From the NCBI GenBank assembly GCA_963665775.2, contig CAXXTF010000001.1, forward strand, positions 736,001 to 800,000: 64,000 bases of DNA, read 5' to 3'. Shown piece after piece: positions 43,632 to 52,203 of the stretch (within the stretch, counting starts at the first letter, position 1; every line of letters starts with the position of its first letter). The translations under genes and the position numbers were made by a program. Source of the stretch: Dehalococcoidia bacterium (lineage in GTDB: Bacteria; Chloroflexota; Dehalococcoidia; SM23-28-2; RBG-16-64-32). The notes below the pieces were generated by a model that had not been told where the DNA came from, searched no databases, and saw only the letters and a list, made by a program, of their open reading frames with translations.

Positions 43632-44726
43632 ATGAACACGGACAATCGCCAACCGGCTGACGCCGTCTTTGAGGGGGGCGGAGTCACAGGGATCGCCCTG
43701 ATCGGTGCCCTCAGCGTCATGGAGGAGACGTGGACCTGGGAGAACGTGGCGGGGACCTCGGCCGGCGCCATTGTGGCTGTCTTCACGGCCGCCGGCAAGT
43801 CCGCCCAGGATATCGATAAGATCCTCCGCAGCATCAGCCTGAGTGAACTCACCGACACCGGTTGGGAGGAGAAGGTGGACTGGATTCTCTCCCGGCTTTC
43901 GCCCCTCCGCCTCATTCCCGGTGTGGCGATGCTGAGAGAGCACATCTTCAGCGTCATCAAGGACTTCGGTATCTACGAGGGTGACCGATTCATGGAGCTG
44001 GTCACTGAGAATCTCCCGCCCGGCGTGCGCACCTTCGGCGACCTGTTGTACGATCCTGACCTTCCCAAAGATCATCCATATCGCTATAGGCTCCGCGTCG
44101 TGGCCTCCGACATCACCGCTAACCGGATGCTCGTGCTGCCCCAGGACATCCGCCATTTCGATAGAGACCCGGACAAGCTGACCATCGCCGAGGCCCTCCG
44201 GATGAGCATGAGCATCCCGATCTTCTTCGAGCCCTGGAAGCTGACGGACGCTAAGGGAACGGGCCACCTCATTGTGGACGGGGGGGTTCTCAGCAACTAC
44301 CCTATCTGGATGTTTGATGCTCCCATCGGCACGGATCCCACCTGGCCCACATTTGGGTTTGACCTGTACACTCCTGCGAACAAGGCGGATGGCCACCTCC
44401 CCTTTCCGAAGGAAGTAGACGAAGTCAAAAACCTCTTCGACTTCGGCAAGGGTATCTGGGACACAATGTTCTCGGCTATGGACGGCCGTTATATTGCCCA
44501 GCGCCACTGGGCCAGGACCATCGCCATTGACAACTGCAACATCTCCACGGCCCAGTTTGACCTGTCGCGTCAGGACGAAGACCGACTACGGGGGTCAGGC
44601 GTGAGAGCGGCCAGGGATTTCATGGAGGCCTGGGGAGATCCGGTAGAGGGGTTCTCGCGTTGGAAAGCCCAGTACCGTGGCGAGGTGGAGGAGGCCCAGC
44701 GATTTGCCGCCGATCTCTACACCTGA
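43632..44726 (+). CDS. Patatin-like phospholipase
   Basis: FEGGGV, GTSAG and VDGG motifs. Confidence 0.92.
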   Translation: MNTDNRQPADAVFEGGGVTGIALIGALSVMEETWTWENVAGTSAGAIVAVFTAAGKSAQDIDKILRSISLSELTDTGWEEKVDWILSRLSPLRLIPGVAMLREHIFSVIKDFGIYEGDRFMELVTENLPPGVRTFGDLLYDPDLPKDHPYRYRLRVVASDITANRMLVLPQDIRHFDRDPDKLTIAEALRMSMSIPIFFEPWKLTDAKGTGHLIVDGGVLSNYPIWMFDAPIGTDPTWPTFGFDLYTPANKADGHLPFPKEVDEVKNLFDFGKGIWDTMFSAMDGRYIAQRHWARTIAIDNCNISTAQFDLSRQDEDRLRGSGVRAARDFMEAWGDPVEGFSRWKAQYRGEVEEAQRFAADLYT

Positions 44727-44824
44727 CCGCTGCACGTGTGCCGCTATGACAGGCTGAAGAATAGCCCATAGGGACAGGGGGTGACCCCTAATGGGCTAGA
44801 GTGGTCCGGACAAGGAGGCAGAAG

Positions 44825-46000
44825 ATGGCTGGGAGTGTTCCCAAGAATTTCACTCCTGAACAGTGGAAATCTATATTCGTGGCGCTGAACGAGCAAGGTG
44901 TGTCATATGGACTGCCTGCGCAGCGAGTTGACAGTCTCGTATTGGGGAGCTGGAACCTGCGGCAGTTCGGTAACATACAGCTCGACGACAAGAATCGCCC
45001 GAGGGAGCCCGAGGCGTTCCGGTTAATGGCCTCCGTGTTGATGCACTTCGATTTGGTGGCGATCCAGGAGATCAAGGACGATCTGGACAGCCTCCGGCTT
45101 CTGCACCGCTTCTTGCCGGAATACGACCTGGTGGTGTCGGATGTGACGGGAAACTACGAACGGTTGGGGTTCTTTTCTAAGTTCGAGAGGGTGAGGAGGA
45201 CGAATCTGGCGGCGGAGATAGACGTGCCGATGGTCCAGATGCGGTCGATAATCCAGGAGAACTGGGAAGAATTCCAGGATGAGCTAGAGCGGTACGGGCA
45301 AGAGGTGACGGCGGGAAGGAAGTCCCGGATAGAGCTGCCGGCATTCTTGGGGTTCGCCCGGGCCCCGTACTGCGTGAGCTTCGAGGCGGGATGGCGGCAT
45401 GCCCCCCTTCACTTCCTGGCGTACAACGCGCACATCTATTACGGCGAAAAGCACACCGATCGGACCAACGAATTCGTGGCCCTGCTGAACTGGCTGTTTC
45501 GACGATGGGGCTACGCGGAGACGATCTTCTCGCCCAACTTCATCGTGTTTGGGGATATGAATACGGAGGTGGTGGCGAGACACGAGACGACGCTCGAGAC
45601 GCTTCGTGAGCACATACTGAAGCAGGCGAAAGCGTCGCGACGGCGCGCCCTGTCGCGGGCGCGCAAGGAGGGAGATTCACGGCTACTCGATGCGATCAAG
45701 AAGCAGCGCGCTCTCTTTCCATTTCTCACCGGACTGGAGGACATGCCTCCGCCGTCGATCGGGTCGAACCTCACCGGGACGGAGCGGTTCGATCAAATCT
45801 TTCTGCTGATGCGATCGAGAGGCTCGGATACACCGACGGTAGCGGAGTACGGCGTGTTCGACATCCCGTCGCTCGTGAAGAGCGCGCTGAAGGGGTACAG
45901 GCTAACAGACAAGACGCGGACGGATCGAATTCGCCAGCAGATTTCCGATCATATACCGATCTGGATACGGCTCAGGCTACCGGACCCGCTCACGGTGTAG
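44825..46000 (+). CDS. Endonuclease/exonuclease/phosphatase (DNase I-like) protein
   Basis: SWNLRQF, AIQEI, HIYYG, GDMN, FDQI and SDH motifs; AAGGAGG RBS. Confidence 0.85.
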   Translation: MAGSVPKNFTPEQWKSIFVALNEQGVSYGLPAQRVDSLVLGSWNLRQFGNIQLDDKNRPREPEAFRLMASVLMHFDLVAIQEIKDDLDSLRLLHRFLPEYDLVVSDVTGNYERLGFFSKFERVRRTNLAAEIDVPMVQMRSIIQENWEEFQDELERYGQEVTAGRKSRIELPAFLGFARAPYCVSFEAGWRHAPLHFLAYNAHIYYGEKHTDRTNEFVALLNWLFRRWGYAETIFSPNFIVFGDMNTEVVARHETTLETLREHILKQAKASRRRALSRARKEGDSRLLDAIKKQRALFPFLTGLEDMPPPSIGSNLTGTERFDQIFLLMRSRGSDTPTVAEYGVFDIPSLVKSALKGYRLTDKTRTDRIRQQISDHIPIWIRLRLPDPLTV

Positions 46001-46055
46001 GAATCGCGTTCGTTAGGGCGCCCTGCGGGGCTCTTTGCCAGCCCAGCCCATGTCT

Positions 46056-46081
46056 AGCACACGATCGACACATAGTGTGGT
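46056..46081. repeat. Putative recombination site 5
   Basis: AGCACACGAT-CGACAC-ATAGTGTGGT. Confidence 0.75.
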
Positions 46082-46384
46082 CACCGTGCTGGCCCCTAAT
46101 AGGCCGCATTGTACCGTCGATCCTCAAGCCCCGTATTTAGCCAGAGTACGTCCAGGCCGTATACGGCTGGGCCACTATTACTGGCCGTTTTCATGCCCCG
46201 TGACTTGACCTCGGACGTTGCGCCCTCTGTTTGCCGGAGCGGGACAAATAGCTTTCAGCTATTTCGTGTATAATCACTGCATATAGTAATTATGTGGTCG
46301 ATAGTCACAGGCGCGGCGCCATCGGTCAGTAGGGCAGCCGAGGTCTCCTGACTATAATCGGCCCTAGGCAGGACAGCGTGCAAG

Positions 46385-48949
46385 ATGGTCGTGGACAGCA
46401 ACACAGCTAAGATCACGCTAACAGAAAAAAAGAGCGACGGTAAGGTCGTTCCGTCCTTCTGCCACCTATGCGTCTATGGTCAGTGCTCCACACTGGTGCA
46501 CGTAGTGGACGGCGTGGCGGTGAAGGTGGAGGGGAACCCAGAGGCACCTCATAACCAGGGGAGGCTCTGCGCCAGGGGCAACGCCAACCTGATGGAGCTG
46601 TACGACCCCTACCGGGTCAAGGTGCCCTTGAAGCGGACCAATCCGGAGAAGGGCCTGGATGTGGACCCCAAGTTCGTAGAGATCTCCTGGGAAGAGGCGC
46701 TGGAGATAGTGGCCGAGAAGCTCAGGGCCGTAAAGGAGGAGGACTCCCGGCAGTTCCACTCCAGTGGGGGAATGGCCGACCAGGGGCTGGCTCGAGGCGA
46801 ATTTCAAGCGTTTTTCGGTGGCGCCCCGATGCAAAAGTTCGGCGGGGTCGCTGCCTGTGGCAGCTCAGAGCACGCCGTTTCGGCCTGGGCCCATAACGCG
46901 CACGTATCTGGATATGACCCCGACTACGTGGAGCTGCTTGCGCTCCAGGGCACCAATGCCGGCTTCGGGACCTGGATTGGAGCCGCCGCTGGGGGTGGGG
47001 TTAGCCGAATTGCCGATGCCCGGGCCGAGCGTGGTGCCAGGATCGTTAGTATTGATCCCCGCTGCGGCGAGGGGAGCAACAAGGCGAACGAGTGGATCCC
47101 CATCCTACCAGGCACGGACCTGGCCTTTAACCTGGCCGTACTACACGTCATCCTTCACGAGCTGAACCGATTCGACGTGGAGTTCATCAAGCTTCACACT
47201 AATGGGCCCTACCTCATCCAGTCCAACGGCTACTACCTGAAGGACGCCGAGGGCAAGCCGCTGGTATGGGACGCCGCCGCTCAGGTCGCTAGACCCTTCG
47301 ATGCCCCGGAGATCAAGGACTTTGTCCTGGAGGGTACCTACGAGGTAGACGGGGAGGCCTGCAATCCCGCCTTCCACCTGCTGAAGGAACGGATGCTCCC
47401 TTATACCCCGGAGTGGGCCGAGCAGATCAGCACCGTGCCCGCTGCCCAGATCAGACGCTTTGCCGCCGATTTCGTGAAAGCGGCGAGGATCGGTACCAGC
47501 ATCAAGATAGACGGTGTCGAGTTTCCGTTCCGGCCGGCCGCCATGATCGGCTATCACGGCTCCCAGCGCCATTACAACGGCCCCTTTACCACTATGTCAC
47601 TGCGCCTGATAAACGCCATGGTTGGCAATTTCGATGTGCCGGGTGGCAACAAGGGATGGGCTCGCGAACCGCTGATTAATTACGACACCCCCGCTCCCTC
47701 GGACGGGATGCTGGAGTTTATCCCGCGATCCGCAATCAAGTTTCCTCCGGACCCTGACCTCAAGCAGTTCTACCCGCTGGCCGTAGACACACACATTGTC
47801 TGGTTGAACTATATTCAGACAGATCCCGAGATGCAGGAGCGGTTCAAGGTCCCGTACACCCTAAAGGTGCTCTGTCTGGGGGGTACTAACCCCTTCGCCA
47901 ATCAGGGCGATCCCCACCAGACTGAGGGGGTCATGAGGGCCATCGACTTCATCTTCACGATATCCATTCATATCGACGACCCAGCACTCTTCGCCGATGT
48001 GGTACTTCCGGAGGACTGCGCAGCGGAGCGGCTGGAGGCCCGGCAGTACTCCGCCATGTTCCAGATTGGGGTGGAGATGATGCTGCTGCGGCAACCTGTT
48101 GTGCCGCGTCTATACGATACCAAGCACCCCGACGAGATGGCGATGGAACTTGCCGATAAGCTGGGCATGCTCTATGGCGAGGATGGCTACATCGACTACA
48201 TGAACAGTGTCCTCCCCCGACGTGGAAACCCTGTCAGGCTGGACATCAATAGAAAGCCAACGCTGGAGGAGCTCGTGGACACTAGGCTCAAAGCCTGGGG
48301 CGGCGAGGACAAGGGGCTGGGATGGTTCAGCGAGCGGGGACTCCTGGCTAACAAACTGCCTGTCGAAAAAGACTACCATTGGGCCCCCCTATCTGGGCGG
48401 CGCTTTCCTATCTACTTCGAGCCGGTCAAGGAGTTGGGTGACGTTCTGAAGAGCCGGGTCAAAGAAGAATACGGGTGGGACTGGGACACCTCGTGGTACG
48501 ATGCGTTACCTCGCTGGGAGCCCTGCCCGGAGCATCGCGATGAGCTGTGGCCGCCTGGCTTCGATCTGTACCTGATCAACTACAAAACGCCCTACAACAC
48601 CAATAGCCAGACCGCGGGGAACCCCTGGCTAGCCGAGGTGTACGAGGCTGATCCATACTTCCTGCGGGCCTGGATGAACGAGGAGACGGGGAAGAGGATG
48701 GGGCTGCGTGATGGCGAAAAGGTATGGATTGAGTCTACAGTCAACAAGGTGGATGCACGAGTAAAGCTCAGCGAGACGGTCCATCCTCGGGTGGTTGCGA
48801 TCGGTGGGGCTCAAGGCAGCCATGCGACCAACCCGTTCGCCAAGAAGGGGATCAGCTACGCCAGCTTACTACCGCAACAACCGGAGAATATCAATCCCAT
48901 GCTCTGTAACCTTGAGTGGTGCACCCGCATAAAGGTTACTAAGGCGTAA
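46385..48949 (+). CDS. Molybdopterin (DMSO-reductase family) oxidoreductase catalytic subunit
   Basis: CHLC....C...LCARG 4Fe-4S motif, PLKRTNP, ISWEEAL, IDPR, PGTDLA and ADVVLP; no Tat signal. Confidence 0.92.
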   Translation: MVVDSNTAKITLTEKKSDGKVVPSFCHLCVYGQCSTLVHVVDGVAVKVEGNPEAPHNQGRLCARGNANLMELYDPYRVKVPLKRTNPEKGLDVDPKFVEISWEEALEIVAEKLRAVKEEDSRQFHSSGGMADQGLARGEFQAFFGGAPMQKFGGVAACGSSEHAVSAWAHNAHVSGYDPDYVELLALQGTNAGFGTWIGAAAGGGVSRIADARAERGARIVSIDPRCGEGSNKANEWIPILPGTDLAFNLAVLHVILHELNRFDVEFIKLHTNGPYLIQSNGYYLKDAEGKPLVWDAAAQVARPFDAPEIKDFVLEGTYEVDGEACNPAFHLLKERMLPYTPEWAEQISTVPAAQIRRFAADFVKAARIGTSIKIDGVEFPFRPAAMIGYHGSQRHYNGPFTTMSLRLINAMVGNFDVPGGNKGWAREPLINYDTPAPSDGMLEFIPRSAIKFPPDPDLKQFYPLAVDTHIVWLNYIQTDPEMQERFKVPYTLKVLCLGGTNPFANQGDPHQTEGVMRAIDFIFTISIHIDDPALFADVVLPEDCAAERLEARQYSAMFQIGVEMMLLRQPVVPRLYDTKHPDEMAMELADKLGMLYGEDGYIDYMNSVLPRRGNPVRLDINRKPTLEELVDTRLKAWGGEDKGLGWFSERGLLANKLPVEKDYHWAPLSGRRFPIYFEPVKELGDVLKSRVKEEYGWDWDTSWYDALPRWEPCPEHRDELWPPGFDLYLINYKTPYNTNSQTAGNPWLAEVYEADPYFLRAWMNEETGKRMGLRDGEKVWIESTVNKVDARVKLSETVHPRVVAIGGAQGSHATNPFAKKGISYASLLPQQPENINPMLCNLEWCTRIKVTKA

Positions 48950-49467
48950 GTAATCGAAACCCCTGGCTAAATACTGGCCAGCGTACGATAGCTTCCCGTT
49001 GCCGACCTCTGGGAGAAGCCGGGGGATGTCGGGATCCCGTCTGAGGCTGCGGGAATGGCCGCCGCAGAGGCAGAGGCCCATGCCATAGCCCATATGTGCA
49101 CTTCTGCGCGGCCCGGATTTAGTGAATGGTTCGACGCAGGCTGGGTTCCTATTTGCGAGGCCAAAGACCTGACGGAGCAGGGCTGGCTAGTGGCATCTGA
49201 TATGCACAAATCGGCTCACCTTGGTATGGGGGTGCCTGGCTCCCAACAGGAGGCTGCTTCATCCTTAGCGGCACCCGTCATGCCCGTCTACGCAGGTATC
49301 TAGGTGCATAGTATTGCGACCTTGTCCCGAAATACAATGTAGCGGAAGCCGCTCACTCAGTCGTAAACGCAAGGAGGTCCCCATGGCCAGCATGTTCATC
49401 CGTCGTCAGGGCTGATACTGAGAAGATAGGTCCGTCGCAACGACTACCCAGAAAGAGAGAGATTCAG

Positions 49468-49872
49468 ATGCAGGATCAAATCCCAAGGCCGCTGCCTCAA
49501 CCCAATCTCGATACACAGCCCTATTGGGACGCAGCCAAGCAGGGCAAGCTGGTCGTCCAATACTGTCCCCAGACCGGAAAGTATCAGCATCCTCCGAAGC
49601 CGTCAATGGCGGGATGCAGATTTGACTTCGAGTGGAAGGAGGTGAAGGGCATCGGTAAGATATACTCCTTCACTATCGTAGGTCCTCCTGCGCATCCGGC
49701 CTTCGAGCCGCCGTACGCGGTCATTTTAGTTGAAATCGATGACGCGCCCGGGGTACGCATAATCGCAAACATCAAGGGCGTCGAACCGGAGAAGCTGGAG
49801 ATCGGGATGCCGGTCAAGGTCCAGTTCGAGACCGTGGAGGACATAACTCTGCCCTATTTCGTCCCGGCGTAG
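49468..49872 (+). CDS. Zn-ribbon/OB-fold (DUF35/ChsH2-like) protein
   Basis: PYWDAAKQGKLVVQ.C, G.IYSFT, PY and IGMPV.V.F motifs. Confidence 0.85.
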   Translation: MQDQIPRPLPQPNLDTQPYWDAAKQGKLVVQYCPQTGKYQHPPKPSMAGCRFDFEWKEVKGIGKIYSFTIVGPPAHPAFEPPYAVILVEIDDAPGVRIIANIKGVEPEKLEIGMPVKVQFETVEDITLPYFVPA

Positions 49873-50491
49873 AGAAGCGAGACCGCTAAAAGTGCTGTTG
49901 CCCAGGATACGAGCGAGGGGCCTCGATCAGTCGAATGATGGTGGGCGAGGTGCTGAAGCTAGATGCGCTCGGGCTTGACTTTGCTGTAGCCATAAATGGA
50001 TATGGATGATGTAAGGCCGTTGAGTAATCGGGCCAATCAGAGTTGCCCTGCCACGAGTGACGACTGACGTCGATTGCGGAAGGCATGTGAAGTGTGGACT
50101 TAACCGTCGCCCATTAATGTAGCTCATCATGCTATCATGGTCTCGAACATGGGTGCTTATCGTGAGGACCTACCAGCATCTGAGAGCAACAGCCACCAAA
50201 TGTGCGCGGCCTTACGCAAGTCGAACTTGTCAATAACGGAATTCGAATGGCCCTATAGCGCCTCACTTGGCTTGGCCAAAACATCGGCGGCCCTGCCCAG
50301 CTCAACGACGGATCCTGACCACGTCGCACCACAGCTCGAACGATTTCCACTCCGCGGGCTATCCATGGGTTTCAAAACATGGTGGAGTAATTTCCAATGG
50401 TTGGAAATCAATCGCGGCCTCTGATGATGGGCGTCATGTGGATGACTGAGCAGGGCCGCGAATATGAGCAGAAGGACGACGGCGGCCCCAT

Positions 50492-51666
50492 TGTAGGGGG
50501 GCAAAATGTCATCCGTATCTGAAACAGGTCAAGCAGCCAGCCATTCGTACTCGTGATGTAGTCCGCCCAGCACCGGCCGGGCAACGATCCGCCCGACCCG
50601 CGGCGGGCTAGCCCGTGCAGGTGGCCCGGTAGGAGTCTCAAGATCCAGAGTGCGATGAGGTCGCCCGTTGTTGTAGTGGACCTCGTACTCCCCCAGCACG
50701 GCACGAAGATGCTTCTCATTGATGATGATCAGGTGATCTAGGCACTCTCTGCGGAGTGTGCGTATCACGCGTTCGGCGATGGCGTTCGCCTTGGGAGCTC
50801 GGATCGGGGTGAGAATGACTTTGATACCCAGCCGGGCCGCCCTTGGGTTGAAGCTCCCGCCATAGCAGCAGTCGCGATCACGGATGAGGTGCTTCGGCTG
50901 CTTACCCCAGGGTGTGGCCTCGATGAGCTGTCGCCATATCCACTCTGCATTAGGGTGAGCAGTCACGTTCAGGTGAACCAACCGGCGCCGGCTATGAGAG
51001 ATGAAAAGGAACACGTAAAGAGTCTTAAGGGCCAGCGTCTGAACGGTGAAGGAGTCAGTGGCCCAGATATGGGGCGCGTGGTTCTTGAGGAAGGTTCGCC
51101 AGGACTGAGATGGCGGGCCGCGCCATCTTGATCGGCGGTAGCGCCGCACCGTTCGAGAGCTGATGTCAAAGCCGAGCTTGCGGAGTTCGCCCACGATGCG
51201 CACGCTGCCCCAGCGGGGATTCTCGCGGGCCAGGCGTCGGATGAGGTCGCGGACCTGCATCGGGATGCGTGATCGGCCCAGAGATCTGTTGGACCGGTAC
51301 TTCTAGATCCAATACCGTCGCCAGGCGGTGCGTTGCCAGCGGATGACCGTCTCCGGCTGGACGAGAATCACCGCCGATTGCCAGCGAGACCAGAGCCTAG
51401 AGAGGAACGACCAGAACAGGCGGTCAGCGGGTTCCAGCCTGGGTCGACGCGGTTGGCGGGAAAGGACGGCGAGTTGCTGTCGGAGGGCAATATTCTCCAG
51501 GACGAGGTGTCGCTGAGATCTAAGGGTGACGGGCAGGGCAGAGCAGAGGAGCAGAAAGTATGTGATCAATGGCAGGCCTCCGTGGAGAAATATTGCCTCC
51601 ACGTTGGCCAAATCAGATCTGTGCGTCAACCTCCTCTAGATACGGATGACATTTTGCCCCCCTACA
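50492..51666 (-). mobile_element. Insertion sequence (rve/integrase-core transposase, IS3/IS481-like)
   Basis: Perfect 29-bp terminal inverted repeats TGTAGGGGGGCAAAATGTCATCCGTATCT; no TSD evident. Confidence 0.9.
50529..51629 (-). pseudogene. IS transposase with an internal TAG at 51303-51305
   Basis: LENIALRQQL...WRRYWI*KYRS...RENPRWG...RDRD...ANAIAER...LGGLHHEY, all in one frame. Confidence 0.85.
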
Positions 51667-51904
51667 GTACCTTGAGCCGGAGTGAAGACCGTTGACATTA
51701 GGGTGGTGACTGGAAAGACAGGTTCGACAGGCGCCCTTCGTCCTCGATCACAGCAAGTTCGAACATGCCTTCGGCAATCATGCAACACCTCTTCGGGAAG
51801 CTGTCCGAGATATCGTGGGTTGGTACCGAGAGCATCCGTAATAGCGCTGATCGCGGCACAATTGGCCTGGGAATCGTGACCTTGAACCGCCCCCATAAAT
51901 GCTT

Positions 51905-52142
51905 CCACCGCACGCTGACAGAGCAGATGAAGCTGGTGGTGTACGAGACTCCCACGGAGCTACGACAGGCGGTGGCGGCCTTCGTCGATTGCTACAACCA
52001 CCGCCGCTACCACGAGGGGATCGGCAACTTCACTCCTCCCGGAGATCTCTACTACAGACGCCGGTGCGAGATACTAGGCGGAAGCGAGAGAGCCGCCCAA
52101 GTGTCCATTAGAAAACGGGCCGACAAGTCCGAAAGTCGCTGA
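51905..52142 (+). pseudogene. Remnant of another integrase-core transposase
   Basis: HRTL...AFVDCYNHRRYHEGIGNFTP C-terminal motif only. Confidence 0.6.
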
Positions 52143-52203
52143 AGATTTACAGTCGGCTTCCCGTGGGTGACGCCTGCACCAATCGCCACCGCGCCTTGCA
52201 CTC

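Noticed and set aside
43632-44726. CBASS (CapV) system
   Set aside because: No CD-NTase or Cap2/Cap3 genes adjacent.
31457-46081. Classical integron or CRISPR interpretation of the repeated sites
   Set aside because: No GTTRRRY/attC hairpins and no IntI insertion. The spacing is kilobases with whole genes between, and there are no cas genes.
34897-51305. Genome-wide amber recoding or pyrrolysine, suggested by three in-frame TAGs (34897, 36998, 51303)
   Set aside because: prfA is intact, many genes here end in TAG (including the same surface gene), and no pyl genes are seen. The IS TAG sits where Trp is expected, and a frameshift co-occurs, so decay is the simpler explanation.
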